A DNA stretch of 24,000 nucleotides, taken from an uncultured Opitutia bacterium (lineage in GTDB: Bacteria > Verrucomicrobiota > Verrucomicrobiia > Opitutales > Coraliomargaritaceae). Every line of letters starts with the position of its first letter. Within the stretch, counting starts at the first letter, position 1. Positions 17,774-24,000 of this stretch are shown in pieces. The translations under genes and the position numbers were made by a program. The stretch spans positions 88,225 to 112,224 of the forward strand of contig CAKZOI010000035.1 of assembly GCA_937136395.1 (NCBI GenBank), read 5' to 3'. A model generated the notes under the pieces. The model was not told the DNA's origin. It was given only the letters and a program-made list of their open reading frames with translations, and searched no databases.

Positions 17774-20293
17774 ATGTCTCATCGTTTATCCAGTCGTGTC
17801 TATAATCCTGCCGCTTTAGAGGTGTGGTTTAGCAATGTCGGGCTGGATTGGGAGCAGGCGTTTTCAAGGGAAGTCATACGTCGTGGACGCGAAATCTACC
17901 TAAAAGGACAGATCTCAGGAATCGAACTGGCGAAAGAGGATGCGATTGTGCACTGCAAGTTTGCCCGCAAAGATACCTGCTACGCAGTGATTGATTGGAC
18001 CTCTGATGGGCCAGAAGTGCGTTTTTCGGGAGAAGATCGTGACTTGGGGAAAGCCGTGGCTGTCGGCGGGCTTTATGAGATTGAGGAGCTGATTGCCGAC
18101 GAGATCACGCCAATTGCATATGAGCCAAGTGGCTCAGCAGAAGCGCTTCCCGATGCACCTCAGGATAGTGAAGCCGAGGTCGAAGTCGTTGAAGAGCGGC
18201 CCGAGCGTAAACTGACACCACGACTGGAGGGATCCCAATCAGGGCTGCGTTTGACTGCCTATTGGACCAACGCTGATTTTTCAAAGGAAGCTGCATTTCG
18301 CAGCGATGAGCAACCGCTGATGAGTCTTGAGCGTGAGGCATTGGTGCGCTTGGCAGGGCGCGCGAAAGAAGCCGGTTTCCAATTCAGACGCGATTCGAAC
18401 GATTATATACTGAGGGACTTTGAACGTATCGCGCCATTTTTTTCACATACACGGAAGCGCTGGGAAAGTATATTTGAATTTCTTGACCTTGATTATGAGG
18501 CGCAAGTCATGGCTGAAGGCGTGCGCCAAGTCAAAATTGTTGGACGAGTTGAGGCGGCTGAAGCGGAGACGATGCGAGTGGATTGGCGCTTCAAGTTGGG
18601 TAAGCGCTGGCTGGATCCAGAAGACGCTGAACGTATTGCAAAAGCAGGCCGCGGCACGCACATGGTGCCTGGTTTGGGGCTCGTGCGTATCCGTGACGAC
18701 CAATCGGCGGCTTTGGCAGAGTGGCGGGTGGCCGCGGCCAATCATTCCGAGGCGGCGCAAATCTGGCCACGTTATATGGTATTTTCACTTTTTGCGGAAA
18801 GGGGTGCGGAGCTAGATCTCGAAGAGGCATTGAAAGCATGGCGTGCGGCGACTGTTGAGCTCGTTGGCAAGCAAGCAGTCTTGCCCGACTTCTTGCGCCC
18901 TTACCAGGCTCAGGGCGTGCATTGGATGGCGAATTTGCGCAAGCAGGGCTGCCATGGTTTACTGGCGGATGAAATGGGTTTGGGTAAAACCTTGCAGGTG
19001 TTGACGCTGCTCGACGAGCACCCTTATGCAGATAAGAATAGTTTAATCGTCTGTCCGGCAAGTGTTGTTCCAGTCTGGGAGAGTGAAGCGAAAAAATGGT
19101 ATCCAAAATTGAATACGCAGATACTTGGAAGTGTTGTGAATTTTGAGAATAATGAAGTGTCGATGCCGACGCTGTGGATTGCTAGCTACACACAGTTACG
19201 CCGACATAAGCATCAACTTGAGCAAGTCGGCTTTGGCTATGCAGTTCTCGATGAAGCGCAACAGATCAAAAATCCCGACGCAAAAGTCACGCAAGCTTGT
19301 TGCGCGATTAAGGCTGAGTGTCGTCTAGCACTGACTGGAACGCCGATCGAGAATCGCTTGTTGGACTTGTGGACACTCTTTCGTTTTCTGATGCCTGGTT
19401 TGTTGGGCACACGTCGTCGCTTTGAGCATGCCATCGAGGCGGAGAATGCTGAGCTGCGAGCGAGCTTTGAGGACCGACTGCGTCAGCAGGTTGCTCCGTT
19501 TATCCTACGCCGGCAGAAAGATAAAGTCGGTAAAGATTTACCACCCAAGGTAGAGATGGACTTGATTTGTCCGATTACTGAGGTGCAAAAGCAGGTGTAT
19601 GAACAACTGTTATCTCGTGGCAAAGAAACGCTGGGCGACGACTTACAATCAGCGATGCAGACGCAGTCGATGAACTTCTTTACCTTGCTTACGCGATTGC
19701 GCCAAGCCTGCTGTGATCCTGGATTGATACCAGACGTTGACGCAGACCTGAGTCAAAGCGGGAAAGTACAGATGCTACTGACCCGCTTAGACGAAGGGCT
19801 TCAGGGGGATGGCGCGCGAAAGGTCGTTATATTTAGTCAGTTTTTACAATTGTTGAAGCGTTTGAAACCACTCATTCAAAAGGAGTTTCCGGAGGTCGCC
19901 TTGTTGGAGTTGAGCGGTGAGACTCGCAATCGAGCAAAGCCAGTAGAGACTTTCCAGAACACAAAGGGCCCTGCGGTGATTTTAGTCAGTTTACGCGCAG
20001 GCGGCACAGGCATTACACTGCACGCCGCGGATTATGTCTTTTTGCTCGATCCTTGGTGGAATCCCGCAGTGGAGAATCAGGCCGTCGATAGAGTGCACCG
20101 CATCGGTCAAGATCGCCGCGTTTTTGTCTATCGTATGATCACTCAAGGCACAATTGAAGAACGGATTCAGCATTTAAAAAAAGAGAAGCGTGAGCTCTTT
20201 GAAAATACACTTGGGCATTTAGGTAGTGCCAAAGATCTCGCAGAGCATTTTGGTGATCTCGAAGAATTGGCTAAGTTATTGCCACCAAAATAG
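17774..20293 (+). CDS. SNF2-family DEAD/DEAH-box helicase-like ATPase with degenerate N-terminal SWIM-like region
   Basis: LPDFLRPYQAQGVHWMANLRKQGCHGLLADEMGLGKTLQVLTLL, VLDEAQQIKNPDAKVTQACCAIKAECRLALTGTPIENRLLDLW, VVIFSQF, VILVSLRAGGTGITLHAADYVFLLDPWWNPAVENQAVDRVHRIGQ. Confidence 0.95.
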   Translation: MSHRLSSRVYNPAALEVWFSNVGLDWEQAFSREVIRRGREIYLKGQISGIELAKEDAIVHCKFARKDTCYAVIDWTSDGPEVRFSGEDRDLGKAVAVGGLYEIEELIADEITPIAYEPSGSAEALPDAPQDSEAEVEVVEERPERKLTPRLEGSQSGLRLTAYWTNADFSKEAAFRSDEQPLMSLEREALVRLAGRAKEAGFQFRRDSNDYILRDFERIAPFFSHTRKRWESIFEFLDLDYEAQVMAEGVRQVKIVGRVEAAEAETMRVDWRFKLGKRWLDPEDAERIAKAGRGTHMVPGLGLVRIRDDQSAALAEWRVAAANHSEAAQIWPRYMVFSLFAERGAELDLEEALKAWRAATVELVGKQAVLPDFLRPYQAQGVHWMANLRKQGCHGLLADEMGLGKTLQVLTLLDEHPYADKNSLIVCPASVVPVWESEAKKWYPKLNTQILGSVVNFENNEVSMPTLWIASYTQLRRHKHQLEQVGFGYAVLDEAQQIKNPDAKVTQACCAIKAECRLALTGTPIENRLLDLWTLFRFLMPGLLGTRRRFEHAIEAENAELRASFEDRLRQQVAPFILRRQKDKVGKDLPPKVEMDLICPITEVQKQVYEQLLSRGKETLGDDLQSAMQTQSMNFFTLLTRLRQACCDPGLIPDVDADLSQSGKVQMLLTRLDEGLQGDGARKVVIFSQFLQLLKRLKPLIQKEFPEVALLELSGETRNRAKPVETFQNTKGPAVILVSLRAGGTGITLHAADYVFLLDPWWNPAVENQAVDRVHRIGQDRRVFVYRMITQGTIEERIQHLKKEKRELFENTLGHLGSAKDLAEHFGDLEELAKLLPPK

Positions 20294-20514
20294 GGAGGCT
20301 CCCTCCGTCTATTGGGGCGACCGCGCATCAAGCCTCCACGATTCGTTCTATTCGTGTAGACTTCTCATGCGCAGGCCCGAGTAAACTCGGACGCCACGTA
20401 TACCATCTTGCATTCAACCACTAGCTGCTTGTCTTTACTTCAGATTTCGTAGCACTGATTTCTGTCAGTATTTTCGCCTTCTCATCTGTGGATCGCCACG
20501 GCACACTGCACCGC

Positions 20515-20883
20515 ATGAAACAGACGACTTCACTTAAACTAAAGGACTTGGCATTTTTTGCGCGACACGGTGCGTTAGCAGAAGAGGCCAAGCTGGGCCA
20601 GCGTTTCAAGTTGGATGTGCGCTTAAAGTTAGTAGATGATCTCAGCTACGAGGATGATCGAATCGAGGATGCCGTTAATTACGCAGACGTCTATGAAGTG
20701 GTGAAGGACGTGTTTACTGGGTTTCGTTTTAATCTGCTCGAACGTGCGGCGGAAGTCATTGCCACAGAGATTCTCGAACGCTTCGAAAAAGTCGTTGAAG
20801 TCTCGGTTAACGTGAAAAAGCCATCCGTGCCAGTGGATTGTATTTGTGAGTATTTCGCGGCGGAGGTCACACGATGCCGATAG
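20515..20883 (+). CDS. folB: Dihydroneopterin aldolase-like protein
   Basis: LKLKDLAFFARHGALAEEAKLGQRFKLDVRL, INYADVY-like VNYADVYEVV, LLERAAEVIATEIL, VNVKKPSVPV. Likely start ATG 20515, inside track ORF 20488. Confidence 0.88.
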   Translation: MKQTTSLKLKDLAFFARHGALAEEAKLGQRFKLDVRLKLVDDLSYEDDRIEDAVNYADVYEVVKDVFTGFRFNLLERAAEVIATEILERFEKVVEVSVNVKKPSVPVDCICEYFAAEVTRCR

Positions 20884-21368
20884 CTTACTTAGCGCTTGGT
20901 AGTAATCTTGGAGATCGTTTTGCGCAGATGCGTGCGGCGCTGGTTGCACTTGAAAGCCAGTATTCGTTACGCGTCCTTGCCAGTAGTTCGGTGTATGAAA
21001 ACCGAGCAGTCGGTATGAATGATGCCGATGATTTCTTAAATGCGGTCGTCTCGGTGGAGACCGAGCTTGAGCCGGAGGCTTTGCTGGATGCCTGTCTGTC
21101 AGTGGAGAATCAATTGGGACGTGTGCGCACTGGAGTGTGGGCACCGCGCACGATCGATCTCGATGTCTTGGCGTATGCGAATCGATCGATTCAAACTGAG
21201 CGTTTACAGATTCCGCATCCACGAATTACCGAGCGTGATTTTGTGGCTCAGCCGCTCAGTGAGGTGGCGCCTGGTCTCGTGGTTTTCGGCAAACGGATCG
21301 AGGCGATTGTCGCCGCATTACCGTCGGTCGATTTGAAGCGAATGTCTGAATCACTTAGGAATGCATGA
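20874..21368 (+). CDS. folK: 2-amino-4-hydroxy-6-hydroxymethyldihydropteridine pyrophosphokinase
   Basis: AYLALGSNLGDRFAQMRAAL, SSVYENRAVG, LLDACLSVENQLGRVRTGVWAPRTIDLDVLAY, IPHPRITERDFVAQPLSEVAP. Overlaps folB by 10 nt. Confidence 0.95.
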   Translation: MPIAYLALGSNLGDRFAQMRAALVALESQYSLRVLASSSVYENRAVGMNDADDFLNAVVSVETELEPEALLDACLSVENQLGRVRTGVWAPRTIDLDVLAYANRSIQTERLQIPHPRITERDFVAQPLSEVAPGLVVFGKRIEAIVAALPSVDLKRMSESLRNA

Positions 21369-21416
21369 TTCGGGATACCGCACAATCTGAAGGGCACATA
21401 CTAAGTGACCTCATTT

Positions 21417-21496
21417 GGAGGGCGTTGCTTTGTCAACGCAACGGAAGCGCCTAAATCGATCGTAGCATCGGCGGTTGCGACGGAGCGCAACCCACC
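21417..21496. repeat. Inverted pair of REP-like hairpin elements between convergent genes
   Basis: GGAGG + GCGTTG-CTTTGT-CAACGC (stem 21422-21427/21434-21439), and on the opposite strand GGTG + GGTTGCG-CTCCGT-CGCAACC (stem 21473-21479/21486-21492). The elements share the layout GG[A/T]G / stem / CTnnGT loop. Confidence 0.55.
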
Positions 21497-21607
21497 AGGA
21501 TCTCACTGCATTTCTTCTTTAGGTTGTGCTATTCGAGAAGCAGTGGCGCTAGCAAAATCATACATTTTGAAAAAGTATATTTTCAGGCGAAGGTCGAAGC
21601 GCTCGGA

Positions 21608-23236
21608 CTACTTATTCAAATTTTCGGCGGTTTCTTGTTCCAGGCGCTTGATGTATTCCGAGACGTTGCAGGTGAGCATACGTGTGCTGCCAGGGGAGAC
21701 TTCGAGAACCTTGGTGACGACTCCATCGAGGAAGGCGCGGTCGTGACTGACTAGAATGACAGTGCCTTCGTAAAGATTGATGGCTTCCTGCAGTACTTCC
21801 TTAGACTTGATGTCCAAGTGATTGGTTGGTTCGTCAAGAATCATACAATTACAAGGGTGCATGAGCATCTTAGCGAGAGCGACGCGATTCTTTTCACCTC
21901 CAGAGAGAACGGAGGTTTTCTTTAGGGCTTCGTCGCCAGAGAATAGAAGTGCGCCTAGAGCACCACGAGGGTTGGCGTCGTCGTTGCCGATGGCGGCTTT
22001 TTCGACCTCTTCGAGCACTGTGTTTTCGGGGTCGAGCTCTTCGGCTTGCGACTGTGCAAAGTAACCGAGCACGGTGTTGAGGCCTTTTTCGACTGTGCCG
22101 CTTTGGTAGGGTTCGGTGCCAGCCATGATGCGGGCGAGGGTAGACTTACCCGCGCCGTTGACACCGACCACCGCGATGCGGTCGCCTTTGTCGATGCGAA
22201 GGTTGAGTCCGTTAAAAATTACATTGTCGTCGTAAGCTTTGTGAAGATCGGTGATGGTGATCACCTTGGCGCTGGCTGGAGGAGACTTTGGAAAACGAAA
22301 GAACATCTTCTTCTCATCGCGTGGGATGGTGATAAGCTCCATTTTTTCCAAGGCCTTAATGCGACTCTGCACCATGCTGGCCTTCTTGACGTTAGAGCGG
22401 AAACGATTGATCCAGTCTTTGACCTCTTTAATCTCTTTTTGTTGGTTGGCGTATGCTTTGCGCAGCGTTTCTAGGCGCTTGTCACTTTCTTTGACGTAGT
22501 AACTGTAGTTGCCCTTAAAGCTGTTGAGGTTGCCGAGTTTGAGTTCAATCGTGCGATTGGTCACTTCGTCGAGGAAGGCTCGGTCGTGAGAAATGACGAT
22601 GAGAGCCCCTTGGTAGTGCTTTAGGTATTGCTCCACCCAGTTTTGCGAAACGATGTCCAAGTGGTTAGTCGGTTCGTCGAGGATGATTAGGCTCGGGTTT
22701 TGTAGAAGCAACTTAGCAAGTGCGATACGCATCTGCCAGCCGCCTGAGAACTCGCCAGTATCACGCTCGAAGTCTGTTTGCTTGAAGCCCATGCCGAGCA
22801 AAATACGCTCGATTCGGGATTTCATTTTACCTGGTTCATGGTCTTCAAGTTGTTGCTCCCATTCACCGATAGTGTCGATCAGTTCGTAGTATTCTTCGGC
22901 CTCGGTATCCATGTTGAGCAGTTGTTCGTCGGCCTGTTCGATCTTTTTCTGCAGACTGAGGACATCGCCAAAGGCACTTTCGGCTTCGGCGAAGAGGGTC
23001 TTGCCTGATACCGAGATCCCGTCTTGCGGGAGGTAGCCGACACTTGCGTAATCTGGCTTATCTATAGAGCCACCGTCGGGTTCAATTTCTCCCATAAGCA
23101 TGCGCAGAAGCGTCGTTTTACCCGAGCCGTTAGAGCCAACGAGAGCGATGCGGTCATGCGCATTGATGACACAGTTGATGCCGTTAAAGAGAACCTTCTT
23201 GCCGAAGTTGTGAGTGACTTGATTGATTGTGATCAT
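21608..23236 (-). CDS. ABC-F family ATP-binding protein (duplicated ABC domains)
   Basis: Two Walker A motifs (GSNGSGKTT, GVNGAGKST), two signature/Walker B regions (FSGGWQMRIALAKLL...LDEPTNHLD; LSGGEKNRVALAKML...LDEPTNHLD), no TM domain. Start at MITINQVTHNFGKKVLFNG (ATG 23236), not track start 23410. Confidence 0.94.
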   Translation of the reverse strand: MITINQVTHNFGKKVLFNGINCVINAHDRIALVGSNGSGKTTLLRMLMGEIEPDGGSIDKPDYASVGYLPQDGISVSGKTLFAEAESAFGDVLSLQKKIEQADEQLLNMDTEAEEYYELIDTIGEWEQQLEDHEPGKMKSRIERILLGMGFKQTDFERDTGEFSGGWQMRIALAKLLLQNPSLIILDEPTNHLDIVSQNWVEQYLKHYQGALIVISHDRAFLDEVTNRTIELKLGNLNSFKGNYSYYVKESDKRLETLRKAYANQQKEIKEVKDWINRFRSNVKKASMVQSRIKALEKMELITIPRDEKKMFFRFPKSPPASAKVITITDLHKAYDDNVIFNGLNLRIDKGDRIAVVGVNGAGKSTLARIMAGTEPYQSGTVEKGLNTVLGYFAQSQAEELDPENTVLEEVEKAAIGNDDANPRGALGALLFSGDEALKKTSVLSGGEKNRVALAKMLMHPCNCMILDEPTNHLDIKSKEVLQEAINLYEGTVILVSHDRAFLDGVVTKVLEVSPGSTRMLTCNVSEYIKRLEQETAENLNK

Positions 23237-23394
23237 TTGAGAAAGGAAGTGGGAAGTCGGAATGCAGGAGTCAGAGCACTCTAGAATCGGACTTTTGAAA
23301 GAGACTCGAAGTAGTCGAGTGTTGTAAAGCGCGGGAAATAAACAAGCTCTAGCTTCAGATGCAAAGGAAAAGGAGACCCTAGGCATATGAACGC

Positions 23395-23427
23395 AAAAAA
23401 GCCCGGGCATTGCTGCGCCGGGCTTTT
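23395..23427 (-). terminator. Rho-independent terminator (read on minus strand, downstream of the EF-hand gene)
   Basis: 10-bp perfect stem AAAAGCCCGG (23397-23406)/CCGGGCTTTT (23418-23427), followed on the minus strand by a T6 tract (aaaaaa at 23395-23400). Confidence 0.88.
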
Positions 23428-23447
23428 GATAAAATACAGGCTAGGAA

Positions 23448-23960
23448 TTAGATCTCGCGAGAGTCGTCATCTTTTTTCGGGCCTTTTTTGTCGCCCTTTT
23501 TACCTTTGCGTTTTTCTGCCGCTGCTTTGAGTTCCTCCTTGGTGATTTCGCCGTCGCCGTTGCTATCGATTTCGTCGAAACGCTCTAGTAAGCGCTCTCC
23601 GGCTTCATCTTTTGAGAGAGAACCGTTACCATCGGTATCCATTTCATCGAATCGTTCACCCTTATCGCCACCTTTGCGGCGCTCGCGCATCTTCTTTTCA
23701 GCTTTTGCGAATTCCTTTTTAGTGATTTCACCGTCGCCGTCTGCATCGATCTTATCGAAGTGCTTTTTGAGTGGGCCTTTGGCTTCTTCTTTGGAAACGC
23801 CGCCGCTGTTATCAGTATCGAGGCGTTGAATGAGTTGCCCTGGGTTCGGGCGTTCGCCTCCTCTGCCTTCCCGTTCGCCGTCGCCGCTAGGCTTAGCTTG
23901 AGAGATTGCAGGGATGATTGCAGTGGCGATGAGTGCAAGTAGGATATTTTTTGTTTTCAT
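23448..23960 (-). CDS. Secreted EF-hand calcium-binding protein
   Basis: Signal peptide MKTKNILLALIATAIIPAISQA (ATG 23960; track ORF starts at 23987). Four EF-hand loops: DTDNSGGVSKEE, DADGDGEITKKE, DTDGNGSLSKDE, DSNGDGEITKEE. Confidence 0.9.
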   Translation of the reverse strand: MKTKNILLALIATAIIPAISQAKPSGDGEREGRGGERPNPGQLIQRLDTDNSGGVSKEEAKGPLKKHFDKIDADGDGEITKKEFAKAEKKMRERRKGGDKGERFDEMDTDGNGSLSKDEAGERLLERFDEIDSNGDGEITKEELKAAAEKRKGKKGDKKGPKKDDDSREI

Positions 23961-24000
23961 TATTTGTATTGGATTTGAATTTTTCATTACGCGGCGTCGT

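Noticed and set aside
18591-19106. Minus-strand ORF of 171 aa
   Set aside because: Antisense to the SNF2 helicase; Pro/Arg/Ser-rich translation looks like a compositional artefact.
17774-20293. SNF2 helicase considered as part of a phage-defence island
   Set aside because: No methyltransferase, nuclease, PLD or other defence partner is adjacent. Neighbours are the EpsI-like gene and folate biosynthesis genes, and stand-alone SNF2 proteins are common.
20294-20390. Short inverted repeats after the SNF2 gene (GGAGGCT/AGCCTCC at 20294-20300/20331-20337; CCGAGT-AA-ACTCGG at 20377-20390)
   Set aside because: Stems are short and lack a T-tract. They could be weak 3' UTR structure but are not distinguishable from chance here.
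20629-21222. Minus-strand ORF of 197 aa
   Set aside because: Antisense to folB/folK, which are both convincing and overlapping.
21405-21746. Plus-strand ORF of 113 aa
   Set aside because: Spans the REP-like pair and the 3' end of the ABC-F gene on the opposite strand, no domain.
23237-23410. 58-aa N-terminal extension of the ABC-F ORF
   Set aside because: Would run through the terminator hairpin region (23395-23427), and its sequence is not ABC-F-like. Start at 23236 matches family N-termini.
1-24000. CRISPR arrays, tRNA/rRNA genes, transposase genes
   Set aside because: None recognised: no regularly spaced direct repeats, no cloverleaf/T-loop-like segments seen in intergenic regions, and no transposase-like protein in the ORF track. 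A tRNAscan/Infernal run would be decisive.

Overview
The window looks like a bacterial chromosomal segment. Protein flavour is consistent with Verrucomicrobiota/Opitutales-like bacteria, but that is inference without a database search. It is mostly housekeeping genes: a KefB/CPA2-type antiporter (partial), TlyA, an MscS channel, a cytochrome c-sugar dehydrogenase fusion, RsmJ, an M29 aminopeptidase, HemW, accBC with Asp23/AmaP-like genes, a SNF2 helicase, folB/folK, an ABC-F ATPase and a secreted EF-hand protein. The best candidate for an unusual system is the plus-strand operon at about 11744-16907: ACP, SDR, AMP-binding ligase, KAS III, ACP, SDR, NeuD/PglD-like acyltransferase. It is divergent from accBC and abuts a convergent EpsI-like (exosortase-associated) gene. 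It reads as a dedicated mini acyl-synthesis pathway, possibly making a short (hydroxy)acyl decoration for a surface glycan. Two paired, inverted REP/BIME-like elements of different sequence families lie in intergenic regions (1073-1145 and 21417-21496). No tRNA, rRNA, CRISPR or transposase was recognised.
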